DNA from: an uncultured Candidatus Rokubacteria bacterium
GTDB lineage: Bacteria; Methylomirabilota; Methylomirabilia; Rokubacteriales; DASRDR01
NCBI GenBank assembly: GCA_963826115.1
Contig: CAWGVS010000011.1
Coordinates: 64,001 to 128,000 of the forward strand
DNA length: 64,000 nt
Reading direction: 5' to 3'
Positions 8,605 to 18,900 of this stretch are shown here, one piece after another. Under the pieces are notes generated by a model. It ran no database searches, was not told the DNA's origin, and saw only the letters and a list, made by a program, of their open reading frames with translations. How positions within the stretch are numbered: the first letter of the stretch is position 1; every line of letters begins with the position of its first letter. The translations under genes were made by a program, and so were the position numbers.

Positions 8605-9375
8605 TCAGAAGGTGTAGGTCTGGTCCTGCTCCAGGACGTGCACCCGATCGCCCAGCCGCTCGAGTTCGTCGGACGTCTCCTCGAAGTGGGCGGGCTTGAT
8701 GTGGTACACCCAGAGCGGCGCGTCGGGCATCTTCTCCATCTCACGCTTGAGGAGATTGGGCGTGAGGTGGCCCGACTTCGTGGCCAGGTCCTCCAGGCGG
8801 TTCGGGAAGGCGGTCTCCACGATGATCGCGTGGATGCCCTTGAACTCCCGCGCGACCTTCCAGATCTCGTCGGTCGGACCGGTGTCACCCGAGAACACGA
8901 GACCTGACGTGCCGTCGTGGATGATGAACCCGGTGGCCGGGACCGAATGCTGGACGGGGACGGGCACGACGGTCAGGGACCCGAACTCGATGGCCTCGCG
9001 CTCGCGCAGCGTCTGGAGGCGCAGCGCCGGGTCCTCCGGGGTCGGGAGCTTCGTGAAGTCGGGCCAGAGTCGATTGTTGAAGCAGTGGGTGCGGAGATCG
9101 TCGACCACGGGGGCGATCGACGCCGCCGTCACCGCGGCGTTGCGGCCGGCGGCCGTCTGGGCGGACTGGATGTTGTCGACGAGGTACGCCAGCCCGACGG
9201 TGTGGTCGAGGTGCGCGTGCGAGATCAGCACGTGCTCGATGCCCGCCTGGGCGCCGAGTGGCAGGGCGCTGGTCACCGAGCCCGCCTCGAGGAGGACGTG
9301 GCCGTTGATCAGGAAGCTGGGCAGGCGCCGCTTCGGCACGCTGCCGCCGTGGCAACCGAGGATCTCGATGAGCAT
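8605..9375 (-). CDS. 3',5'-cyclic-nucleotide phosphodiesterase (metallo-beta-lactamase fold)
   Basis: ILGCHGG, SHAHLDH, FNNRLWPDF, SGDTG, GHLTP, YHIKP. Confidence 0.85.
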   Translation of the reverse strand: MLIEILGCHGGSVPKRRLPSFLINGHVLLEAGSVTSALPLGAQAGIEHVLISHAHLDHTVGLAYLVDNIQSAQTAAGRNAAVTAASIAPVVDDLRTHCFNNRLWPDFTKLPTPEDPALRLQTLREREAIEFGSLTVVPVPVQHSVPATGFIIHDGTSGLVFSGDTGPTDEIWKVAREFKGIHAIIVETAFPNRLEDLATKSGHLTPNLLKREMEKMPDAPLWVYHIKPAHFEETSDELERLGDRVHVLEQDQTYTF

Positions 9376-9560
9376 GCGGCTCGCGGTTGTCAGGCCCGCT
9401 CGCCCTGCCGTATAGTGTCCGGTGCCGTGGCCGCCCCCTCGTGGATGACCCGCTGTCCCGCGGGCTGGAAGGTCCTGTCGGTGTCGGGGATATATCCCAC
9501 AGCGCACCGCGGAAAGTCAAGCTTGGCGAGCGCGTTCGTGACGCTCGCATGGAGGGCCGA

Positions 9561-10343
9561 GTGAGCTGGGTCAAGACCAATCACGTGAAGCGCGCCCTGC
9601 GCGAAGGGCGCCCGACGTCGGGCGCGTGGCTCCATCTCTGCAGCGCGATCAGCGCGGAGGTCATGAGCCGCGCTGGCTTCGACTGGCTGCTCATCGACAT
9701 GGAGCACGGGCACGGCGACCTCCAGACCCTGCTCGGTCAGCTGCAGGCCATCGAGGGTAGCGACACGATCCCGGTGGTCCGCGTCCAGTCGAACGACGCG
9801 GCCATCATCAAGCGCGTGCTCGACATGGGCGCCTACGGCGTGATGGTGCCGTGGATCGGCGGGCGCGCCGACGCGGAGGCGGCGGTGCGGGCCGCCAAGT
9901 ACCCGCCCGACGGCATCCGAGGCATCGCCGGCAGCCACCGCGCCGGCGGCTACGGTCGCCACGCGGCGGAGTACTGGAAGCGCGCGAACGAGGAGATCCT
10001 GGTCGTGCTGCAGGTGGAGACGCGCACCGCCGTCGAGGAGATCGACCAGATCGTGCGAGTTCCCGGTGTGGACGTGATCTTCATCGGGCCGGGCGACCTG
10101 TCGACCGCGCTCGGGCACATGGGCAACCCCGGCCACCCCGACGTGCAGGCGGCCTTCGCGCGCGTGGAGAAGGCGACGCGCGCAGCCGGCCTCGCGCTCG
10201 GCAACATCACGCGCGGCTGGGACCAGGTGAAGGAGCTGTACGGAAAGGGGTACCAGTTCCTGACGCTCGGCTCCGACACGTCGCTGGTGGTGTCGGGGAG
10301 CCAGGACCTGGTCGCCCGCTTCCGACAGGACATCCGGCCGTGA
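9561..10343 (+). CDS. HpcH/HpaI aldolase family protein
   Basis: DWLLIDMEHG, KYPPDGIRG, QVET, FIGPGDL; GGAGG RBS before GTG. Confidence 0.9.
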   Translation: MSWVKTNHVKRALREGRPTSGAWLHLCSAISAEVMSRAGFDWLLIDMEHGHGDLQTLLGQLQAIEGSDTIPVVRVQSNDAAIIKRVLDMGAYGVMVPWIGGRADAEAAVRAAKYPPDGIRGIAGSHRAGGYGRHAAEYWKRANEEILVVLQVETRTAVEEIDQIVRVPGVDVIFIGPGDLSTALGHMGNPGHPDVQAAFARVEKATRAAGLALGNITRGWDQVKELYGKGYQFLTLGSDTSLVVSGSQDLVARFRQDIRP

Positions 10344-10366
10344 CGGGCCGGAAGGTCGCCGGGTGA
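10340..10366 (+). CDS. Putative 8-aa coupling mini-ORF (MTGRKVAG)
   Basis: Starts in the GTGA of the aldolase stop and ends in the GTGA of the next start. Confidence 0.4.
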   Translation: MTGRKVAG

Positions 10367-10926
10367 GCGAGCCGCGCACGGGCCGGATCCCGCCGATCGA
10401 CCCAGCGGCCGCGCCTCCGGAGCTACGCGAGCTCTTCGAACGCCAGGAAGCGCAGTGGGGCGCGCCGCTCGGCCCCACGCTGGTCCTGGCGCACTGCCCG
10501 CCGCTGGTGCGGGCCGCCGCGGGGCTATCGGTGGGCCTCGAGAAGTCCGGGCAGCTCCCGGCGGAGCTCCGCGACCTCGTGTGTCTCCGCGTCGCCCAGC
10601 TCATCGGGTGCCCGTTCTGAATGGACATCAACTCATCCCGGGGGATGAGCCACGGCGCCACGATCGAGAAGCTCTCGGCGGTGGATCGGTTCCGCGACAG
10701 CCCGCTCTTCAGCGACGCGGAGCGCGCCGCGCTCGCCTTCGCGGAGGCCGCGACCCGGACGCCGACCGTGGTGACGGACGCGGAGTTCGACCTGGTGCGG
10801 CGGCACTACACGGTCCCACAGATCGTCGAGCTCGCGGCGACGATCGCGATCGAGCACTTCCGGGCGAAGTTCAACACCGCCCTCGGCGTGCAGAGCCAGG
10901 GCCTCTGCTTCCTCCCGCCCCGCTGA
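10363..10926 (+). CDS. AhpD/carboxymuconolactone decarboxylase-like peroxidase, probable selenoprotein (CPFU, TGA at 10618-10620)
   Basis: The 85-aa and 101-aa ORFs are in frame and joined by one TGA in GCPF*MDIN, the position of the second Cys of the AhpD CxxC; hairpin 11 nt downstream. Confidence 0.85.
10632..10649 (+). promoter_or_regulatory. Putative bacterial SECIS element
   Basis: CTCATCC-CGGG-GGATGAG, perfect 7-bp stem beginning 11 nt after the TGA. Confidence 0.75.
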
Positions 10927-10928
10927 CC

Positions 10929-11741
10929 GTGCCTCGTCACGGCCTGTCCGCCCGCCTCGGGGGCCTTCGCGGCTTCGCGTTCGACCTCGACGGCTGCATC
11001 TGGGCGGGCGCGACCTTGCTGCCCGGCGCCCGCGAGCTGGTCGAGGCGCTGCGAGCGGCCCGGCGCGGCGTGGTCTTCGTCACGAACAGCTCGCGGGAGC
11101 GCGCGGGTGGAATCGCGGCGCGCCTCGCGGCGCTCGGCATTCCCGCCAAGGCGGGCGACGTGCTCGCGGCCCTGGACCTCCTCGGGGAAGCGATCCGGCG
11201 CCAGGTTGGCGCGACGGCCGTCCTGGCGCTCGGCACGCGGGAGATGCGAGAGGTCCTCGAGGCCGCCGGCCACACGGTGGTCGACTTCGACGACTGGCGC
11301 CGGGCGAAGGTCGTGGCGGTCGGCAACGACCCCCTGTTCGATTTCGGCCGGCTGCGCGCGGCCTCGCGAGCCGTCGCCGGCGGCGCGACGCTCGTCACCG
11401 TGAACCTCGATCCGCGGTTGCCGGTGGCGCCGGGAGAGTTCGACCCGGGATGCGGCGCGCTCGCGGAGGCGGTGGCGGTGGCCGGCGGCGCCCGACCGGT
11501 GGTGGTCGGCAAGCCGCACGCGCCGATCTTCGAGATGGCCCTCGAGCGCCTCGCGTGCCGGCCCGCGGAGGCGGTGATGGTGGGCGACAGCCTGACGACC
11601 GACATCGCGGGGGGACGGGCTGCCGGCATGGCCACCGTGTGGGTCGACCCCGGCGGAGAGCGTCCGGAGACGGAGGAGGCGGACACCGTCGTCCGGGACC
11701 TCGCCGAGCTGCTGGGTCTCTGGCGCGCCGCCCGCGCCTGA
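10929..11741 (+). CDS. HAD-IIA family hydrolase (NagD-like)
   Basis: FDLDGC, FVTN, VGKP, VGDSLTTDI. Confidence 0.9.
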   Translation: MPRHGLSARLGGLRGFAFDLDGCIWAGATLLPGARELVEALRAARRGVVFVTNSSRERAGGIAARLAALGIPAKAGDVLAALDLLGEAIRRQVGATAVLALGTREMREVLEAAGHTVVDFDDWRRAKVVAVGNDPLFDFGRLRAASRAVAGGATLVTVNLDPRLPVAPGEFDPGCGALAEAVAVAGGARPVVVGKPHAPIFEMALERLACRPAEAVMVGDSLTTDIAGGRAAGMATVWVDPGGERPETEEADTVVRDLAELLGLWRAARA

Positions 11742-11799
11742 CGGGAGTCTCCGCGGCTCCACGCCGCGTGGGGGTCCCGCGCCCTGCTAAGATCACCGT

Positions 11800-12747
11800 A
11801 TGACTGCCGCCGCACGGCCCGCCTCCGCGAAGGCGCGCGCGGAGCGGGTGGCCATCGCCTCGGCCGCGGCGCTGGCGGTGGGGAAGCTCACGCTCGGCCT
11901 CGTCACCAACTCGATCGGGCTCCTGTCGGCCGCGGCGGACTCTCTCTTCGACGTCGCGATCTCCAGCTTCAACCTTCTGTCGATCCGGATCGCCGAGTCG
12001 CCCGCCGACGAGGGCCACCCCTTCGGCCACGGCAAGGCGGAGAACCTGGCCGGGCTCCTCCAGACGGCGGTCATCGCCCTGGTCGGCGTGGGACTCCTGG
12101 TGGAGGCGGTGCGGCGGCTCTTCCAGGGGACGCGTCCCGAGCACGCGGAGTGGGGCATCGCGGCCATGATCGTGGCCACCGTGGCGAGCTGGCTGATCAC
12201 GCGGCACCTCCGCCGGGTGGGCCGCGAGACCGACTCGCTCGTGCTCATGGCCGACGCCCTCCACTACCAGACCGATGTGTGGACCAACGGCGGCGTGCTG
12301 GTCGGGCTGCTCCTCCTGTGGGCAACGGGCTCCGGCGTCTACGATGCGCTCATCGGCATCGCCGTGGCGGCGGTCATCCTCGGATCGGCGTACCGGCTCC
12401 TCATCCGGTCGGTGAACGACCTGATGGACGCGGCCCTGCCGGAGACCGAGCAGCGGGCGATCGAGGAGGTCATCCATCGGCATCAGTTCGTCGTGGACCA
12501 CCGCAACCTGAGGACCCGCCGATCGGGGTCGCAGCGACACGTCGACTTCACCATCGTGGCCTGCCGGCATCTGCCGCTCGGCGAGACGCACGACCTCGTG
12601 GACCACGTCGAGAAGGAGATCGGCGAGACGATCCCCGGCGCCCACGTCGTCGTGCACGCGGAGCCGACCGACGAGTGCGTCGATCCGAGCCGGTGCGTGC
12701 GCAAGGCGCGGCCCGCGGACCTTCTGGCCCATCACTCGGGGGCCTAG
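11800..12747 (+). CDS. Cation diffusion facilitator transporter (FieF-like)
   Basis: AADSLFD, HPFGHGKAE, ADALHYQTD; several TM helices. Confidence 0.92.
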   Translation: MTAAARPASAKARAERVAIASAAALAVGKLTLGLVTNSIGLLSAAADSLFDVAISSFNLLSIRIAESPADEGHPFGHGKAENLAGLLQTAVIALVGVGLLVEAVRRLFQGTRPEHAEWGIAAMIVATVASWLITRHLRRVGRETDSLVLMADALHYQTDVWTNGGVLVGLLLLWATGSGVYDALIGIAVAAVILGSAYRLLIRSVNDLMDAALPETEQRAIEEVIHRHQFVVDHRNLRTRRSGSQRHVDFTIVACRHLPLGETHDLVDHVEKEIGETIPGAHVVVHAEPTDECVDPSRCVRKARPADLLAHHSGA

Positions 12748-12843
12748 GACCGTCGCGCGAAAGCGCCGGCCTGACGCGGGCCGCCGCGGCGCGGAGGCCC
12801 CCGAAGCTTGTGTCGGTCTACCCCCCGTGATACAACCCGAACG

Positions 12844-13521
12844 ATGAGCGCTCCCGACGACGCGGGCTACGATTATCCGAAGATCTCTCGCGCCCTCATC
12901 CTGGGCGATCGCGACACCGTCGGCCAGATGACCCGGGCGGGGCTCGACCGGGGGCTCGATCCGAAACAGATCATCTTCAAGGGCCTGATCCCCGGGATGG
13001 ACGTGGTCGGCGAGAAGTTCCGGCGCAACGAGTACTACGTCCCGCAGGTCCTGCTCTCCGCGCGGGCGATGTACGCGGGCCTCGACCTCCTGAAGCCCCT
13101 CCTGACCGCCGCCTCGACCAACGAGTACCTCGGCACGGTGGTGATCGGCACGGCGCAGGGCGACCTCCACGACATCGGGAAGAACCTGGTCGCGATGATG
13201 CTGGAGGGCGCGGGCTTCAAGGTGGTGAACCTCGGCCGCGACGTCTCGCCGGAGAAGTTCTGCGCGGCCGTCGAGGAGCACGGCGCGACGATCGTCGGCA
13301 TCTCGGCCCTCATGACCACCACCATGCCGGCGATGAAGCGGACGATCGACGCGCTGGTCCGCGCGGGCCTGCGGGACCGGGTGAAGGTCATGGTCGGCGG
13401 CGCGCCGGTCAGCCCGGCCTTCGCCGATGAGATCGGCGCGGACGGCCACGCGCGGGACGCGACGCTCGCCGTCGGGCGGGCGAAGGAGCTGTCCAGTGCG
13501 CCGGTGGCGGCTCCGGGATAG
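12844..13521 (+). CDS. Stand-alone corrinoid (cobalamin-binding) protein
   Basis: Cap domain (GMDVVGEKF) plus GDLHDIGKNLV, SALMTTT, VGGAP. Confidence 0.92.
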   Translation: MSAPDDAGYDYPKISRALILGDRDTVGQMTRAGLDRGLDPKQIIFKGLIPGMDVVGEKFRRNEYYVPQVLLSARAMYAGLDLLKPLLTAASTNEYLGTVVIGTAQGDLHDIGKNLVAMMLEGAGFKVVNLGRDVSPEKFCAAVEEHGATIVGISALMTTTMPAMKRTIDALVRAGLRDRVKVMVGGAPVSPAFADEIGADGHARDATLAVGRAKELSSAPVAAPG

Positions 13522-13533
13522 GCGGGGGACGCG

Positions 13534-14448
13534 GTGAGCGCGGGGCGCGGGCGGGAGTGGCTCGACCGGGCGCGGTCCGGGGACCTCCTCGTCTTCGACG
13601 GCGGCTACGGCACGATGCTCTTCGCGGCGGGTCTCGCGAACGGCGCCTGCCCGGAGCTCTGGAACGACACCCACGCCGACGTCGTGCGGGGAATCCACCA
13701 GGGCTACTTCGACGCCGGCTCCGACCTCGTCGAGACGAACACGTTCGGCGGCTCTCGGCTCAAGCTGAACGAGTACGGGCTCGGCGACCGGACGCGCGAG
13801 CTCAACGAGCGCGGTGCGCGACTGGTGCGCGCGGCCGCGCCGGCCCACGGCTACGTGGCCGGCTCCGTCGGGCCGACCAGCCGATTGCCGGCCGAGTACG
13901 AGCCGCTGGGCGACACGTCGGACGAGGAGTACTTCGAGACCTTCCGCGAGCAGGCCGAGGCGCTGGCGGAGGGCGGGGTGGACCTGTTCGCCGTGGAGAC
14001 CATGATGTTCCCGCAGGAGGCCGTCGCCGCGGTGCGCGCCTGCAAGACCACGGGCCTGCCCGTCATGGCCACCATGTTCTTCCAGTACGAGGAGCTCCAC
14101 GACCGGGACCGCACGATGTGGGGGGAGAGCCCCGCCGAGGTCGCGAAGAACCTTCTCGCGGCCGGCGCGGACGTGGTCGGCATGAACTGCGGCCGTGGCC
14201 CGGACCGGGCCATCGCGATCGTGCGCGAGATGCGCCAGGTGACGGACGCGCCCCTGGTCGCCTATCCGAACGCCGGGCTTCCGGTCATGACGGGTGACCA
14301 GGTCACCTACGAGCTGGACCCGGAAGCGATGGCCCGCGAGTACCCGGCGCTCCTCGACGCGGGGGCCACCGTCGTGGGCGCCTGCTGCGGCTCCACTCCC
14401 GAGCACATCCGCCTGATCGCCCGGGTCGTGCGCGCCCGCCGCGGGTAG
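13534..14448 (+). CDS. Homocysteine S-methyltransferase domain protein
   Basis: DGGYGT, ETNTF, GMNC, PNAG, GACCG zinc ligands. Confidence 0.9.
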   Translation: MSAGRGREWLDRARSGDLLVFDGGYGTMLFAAGLANGACPELWNDTHADVVRGIHQGYFDAGSDLVETNTFGGSRLKLNEYGLGDRTRELNERGARLVRAAAPAHGYVAGSVGPTSRLPAEYEPLGDTSDEEYFETFREQAEALAEGGVDLFAVETMMFPQEAVAAVRACKTTGLPVMATMFFQYEELHDRDRTMWGESPAEVAKNLLAAGADVVGMNCGRGPDRAIAIVREMRQVTDAPLVAYPNAGLPVMTGDQVTYELDPEAMAREYPALLDAGATVVGACCGSTPEHIRLIARVVRARRG

Positions 14449-14467
14449 CGCGGGCCGCGGGCGGACC

Positions 14468-15916
14468 GTGGACTGGGGGGCGTTCGACCGCGCTCTCCGG
14501 GCCCGCCGCCGCCCGATCCTCGAGCGCTTCATCGAGTGCCTCCGCATCGACACCGTGAGCCAGCAGCCCGAGCGCGTCCGCGCCGGCGCCGGGTGGCTCG
14601 CGCGCGAGATGGCTCGCGTGGGTCTCGAGTCGCGGGTGCTCGAGACGGGGGGCAACCCCATCGTCCTGGGGGAGCGTCGGGTGCCCGGGGCGACGCGCAC
14701 GCTCCTGCTCTACTGCCACTTCGACACGAAGCCCGCGCCGCCTGCCGGCTGGCTCCAGCCGTCGCCGTTCGAGCCCGTGCTCCGCCCCGGGCTCGCCGAG
14801 GAGGGCGCGCCGATCTTGGAGCCCGCCGGGATTCCCGAGGACGCGCTCCCTGCCCACCGGCTCTACGCGCGCGGGGCGTCGGACGACAAGGGGCCGATCT
14901 GGGCGCATCTCGAGGCGCTCTCGCTGATGGAGCACCTCGGCGTGGCCCCGCGCGTGAATCTGAAGCTCGTGCTCGAGGGCGAGGAGGAGATCGGGAGTCC
15001 CGGGTTCGGCTCCTTCGTGGCGGCCCACCGGGACGCGCTCGCGGCGGACCTGGTCCTGGTGACGGACGGACCCAAGGACGCGAGCGAGCGGCCCACGGTG
15101 GTGTTCGGGGCTCGGGGGATCCTGGCGCTCAGCCTCGAGCTCGAGGTGGCGCGCCGCGACGTGCACTCCGGAAACTTCAGCGTGCCGAATCCCGCGTGGA
15201 TCCTGACCGGCCTCCTCGCGTCGATGGCGGCGCCGGACGGCACGCCGCTCATCGAGGGACTGGGCGCCGACGTCGTCCCGCCGACGGGCGCCGAGCGCGA
15301 GCTGATGGCCCGCATCCCGCTGGACCGGGCCGCCCTCGAGCGCGAGCTCGGCGTGCCGCTCGCGCGCGACTACCTCGAGCGCCTGATGTTCCGGCCGACG
15401 CTCACGATCCGGGGCCTGCAGGCGGGGTTCGTCGGCGCCGAGGCCAACACCATCATCCCGCACCGGGCGACCGTCGCGCTGGACCTCCGGCTCGTGAAGA
15501 ACCAGCGGGTCGACGCCGTGTACCGGCGGGTCGTGGAGCACATCCGCGCACAGGGCTTCCACGTCATCGAGTCACCGGACGCGCCCCTGCCAGACGAGCT
15601 CCGCGGCCGCGCGGTCAGGGTCGTCGAGCGCCACGGCTACGACCCTTCGAAGACGGCGGCCGACCTGCCGATCTCGCGCCGTGTCGTGGAGATCGTGGAG
15701 CGGGCCCACGAGGGGCAGGCGGCGGTCGTCGTGCCCACGGTGGGCGGCAGCGTGCCGCTCTGGGCGTTCACCGACCTCCTGGGCCTGCCCACGATCGTCG
15801 TGCCGTACGCGAACGCCAACAACCGGCAGCACAGCCCCAACGAGCACATCCGCCTGGACCACCTCTACCAGGGCGTCCGGACAACGGCGCAGCTGCTCCT
15901 GGAGCTCGGGGAGTAG
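14468..15916 (+). CDS. M20/M25/M40 metallo-hydrolase (dipeptidase-like)
   Basis: YCHFD, RGASDDKG, EGEEEIGS, HSGN, HSPNE. Confidence 0.9.
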   Translation: MDWGAFDRALRARRRPILERFIECLRIDTVSQQPERVRAGAGWLAREMARVGLESRVLETGGNPIVLGERRVPGATRTLLLYCHFDTKPAPPAGWLQPSPFEPVLRPGLAEEGAPILEPAGIPEDALPAHRLYARGASDDKGPIWAHLEALSLMEHLGVAPRVNLKLVLEGEEEIGSPGFGSFVAAHRDALAADLVLVTDGPKDASERPTVVFGARGILALSLELEVARRDVHSGNFSVPNPAWILTGLLASMAAPDGTPLIEGLGADVVPPTGAERELMARIPLDRAALERELGVPLARDYLERLMFRPTLTIRGLQAGFVGAEANTIIPHRATVALDLRLVKNQRVDAVYRRVVEHIRAQGFHVIESPDAPLPDELRGRAVRVVERHGYDPSKTAADLPISRRVVEIVERAHEGQAAVVVPTVGGSVPLWAFTDLLGLPTIVVPYANANNRQHSPNEHIRLDHLYQGVRTTAQLLLELGE

Positions 15917-15952
15917 CAGGCAGGCAGATCTCGGCGGGAGCGGCGTTGCCGC

Positions 15953-18900
15953 TCAGTCGGCGTCGAGGATCCAGAGGGTGGCGATAGTCTGGGCGCCGAG
16001 TGAGCCGCCGCTGCCCGCCGTGTCCAGGAGGAGCTGGATCGAGCGCGGTCCCTGAAGCCCGGCACGGGGCTTGACCTTGATCTTGAACGCCTCGCTCATG
16101 TCGTTCAGGCCGAAGGTGACCGTGCCGCTGGTCGCCCCCGTGTAGTCCACGCCCGGGACCGCGGTGCCGCCCGCGATCTGCCAGTGGGCTGTGACCCCGC
16201 TGGCGCTTCCGCCGGTCCGGGAGACCAGCACCTCGACGTCGGTCTCGACCCCCGGCTCCATGACGCTCTTCGCGGCGGCCGCGAACTGGACCGTTCCGCC
16301 CACGTCGTTCTCGGCGATCTGGATCGTCGCGATGTTGGGCGTGCCGAGCGTCGCGCCCGCGACATTGTCGAGGACGAGGCCGACCGTCTCCAGTCCGTCC
16401 ACCACGGTGTCGGGGCATAGCGGAATCGTCACAGTCTTGCTCGTGTCACCCGGGTTGAACGTGACGGGCAATGTGGCAGTCGTGAAGTCGATGCCGGGGC
16501 CGCAGGGGCCCGCGCCGCCCTCGGCGTTGCCCGTGCCAGTCGTCTTCACGTTCAGCGTGACGGTGGTGCCGGTCGAGCCGCCGCGGACCACGGTCACGCC
16601 GACGCCCGTGCCGCTCTCGTTCACGTTGTAGGTCGCGCTCGAGAACCGCACGCTCGGCTCGTTGTCGTTGATGCTGAGCGTGGCCGCGCTGGGAGTGCCG
16701 AGGGTCGCCCCCCCGCTCGGCAGGTCCAGCGTCACGACCAGGGTCTTCGTGCCGTCGACGAGCGAGTCGTTGAGGATCTGGATCTGGAGCGAGGCGCTCG
16801 TCTGGCCCGACCCGAACGGGATCGGGACGCTCGGCGGCGTGACGTAGTCGGTGCCCGCGACTGCGCTTCCGCCGAGGTGCCAGGGCACGGAGACCCCGCC
16901 GGCCGACCCGCCCGTCCGGAGAACGGTCAGGGTGGCGGTGCCGGTCCCCTCGGTGAGCGAGTAGGCGGAGCTGCTGAAGCGGAGCGTGCCGCCGCCGTCG
17001 TTCTCCTGGATCTGGAGGACGGCCGTGCTCTGGGCGCCGAGCGTGGCCGGCGGGGTCACCGAGAGCAGCCTCAGCGTGAGCGTCTCGGGGTTCGGGGTCT
17101 CGACGACGACATCGCCGCAGAGCTGGACGCTGAACGTCCGGCTGGTCTGGCCGGGGTTGAACGTGAGCGAGCCGTTCGAGATCGGCCGGTAGTCGGCCCC
17201 CAGCGAGCAGGATCCCGGCGTCGCGGCGGGGGTCGCGGAGTCGCCGACACCGCCGGTCGCGAAGGTCACCGTGGCCGCCTTCGCGGTGCCGCCGGTCCGG
17301 GTCAACGTGATCGTGGCGCTGCCGTTTCCTTCGCTGGCCGTGAAGGTGGCCGCCCCGAACTGGACGGTGCCCTCGTCGTCGATCAGCGTGACCGTGGCCG
17401 GATTGGGCGTGCCGAGCGCCAGGCCGCCGGTGAGGGGGGCCTTCAGCGTCACCGTGAGCGCGGAGTTGCCGTTCAGGCTCGATTCCTGCTGCAGGTGGAT
17501 GACCAGCGACTTGGTGCCCTGGCCCGGGTCGAAGTGCACGGTGCCGGCCAGGTCCGCCGGCACGACGAGGGCCGTCGCGCCCGTGATCTGGTAGTTCACC
17601 TGGGCGGCGCCGCTCGTCGAGCCGGTGCGGGTGACGTTCAGCGAGACGGACTGCGCGAACTCCTGCGCGGTGGCCGTTGCCTGGCCGAACTGGACCGTGC
17701 CCGTGCGGTCGCTGTCGACGATCGTCACCGTGGCCACCCCGGGGCTGCCCACCGTGGCGCCGCCGTGCTGGTTCTGGAGGGTGACGGTGAACTTCTCGTT
17801 CGGCTCGATCCCGTCCTGCTTCACGATGGGGATCTCGAGTGCCTGGGACATCACCCCGGCGGCGAACGTCAGCGTCCCGGTGAGCGGGCCGCCGTTAGGG
17901 CCCGTGAAGTCCGTCCCGGCCGTCGCGCTGCCGCCCGCGATGACGTAGTCGACCGTCACGTTCCCCGCCGACCCGCCGGATCGGGAGGCGGTCAGCAGGA
18001 CCTTGCCCGCCGACTCGTTGACCGAGTAGGTGGACGAACTCCACTTGAGCACGCCGCCGGCGTCTACGTTGTTGATGGTCAGGTCGACCGCCGAGCGGGG
18101 CCCGAGGTGCGCCCCCGCGGGCTGGGGCGACGAGAGGACAAGGCCGACCACCTTCGGGGCCGGATCCACGACCCCGTCCTTGCACAGCTGGACGGTGAAG
18201 GTCTTGGTCATGTCACCCGCGCCGAAGTTGAGCGTGCCGGCGACGGGCAGGTAGTCGGCCCCGGTGGTGCAGGTGGTCGCCGACGCGGACGCCGTGGCGG
18301 CGACCCCGCTCCCCGGAGACCCGGCCGTGAACCCGACGCTGACCGCCCCCCCGGGCCCCGTCCGGACGACGGGGATCGTGATCGACGAGCTACCCTCGCT
18401 GGCGGTGTAGCTGGCCTGACTGAACTGGAGACCGACCTCGTCGTCGGTGATCGTCAGGGTCGCGATCTTCTGCGACCCGAGCGTTGCCCCGCCCTGGACG
18501 TTGCTCAGCTGGACGCGCAGCGTCCGGGAGCCCTGGGCCCCCGGAGGGTTGAGGAGGTGGATCGGGATCGTCTGGCTGAGGACGTCGGCCGCGAACTGGA
18601 GCTGTCCGCTTGTCGGCCCATCGTAGTCCGTGCCGTGGACTGCGGTGGTCCCCTGGGCGACGATCGCCCAATCGACCTTCACCCCGGCGGCCTTCTGGTT
18701 CCGCGTGACGGTCAGGGCGACAGGATCCGCCGCCTCGCTGACCGTCAGCGCCGTCGGACTGAACTGGAGCGTGCCACCGCTGTCGTTGTCCGTGATCGTG
18801 AGGGTCGCCGTGCTCTTGGCCCCCAGCGTGGCGGCACCGGCAGGCTGGGGATTGGAGAGCGTGAGCTGGACCGTCCGCGATCCGTCGGCCAGGGTATCGC

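Noticed and set aside
10363-10926. AhpD-like genes as pseudogenes (also 42477-43046)
   Set aside because: The same TGA position in two diverged paralogs, intact downstream frames and equally spaced hairpins argue for recoding
13519-13536. In-frame TAG between corrinoid protein and methyltransferase as pyrrolysine read-through
   Set aside because: Falls in a linker after a complete domain; pyrrolysine occurs in MtmB/MtbB/MttB active sites; no pyl genes seen
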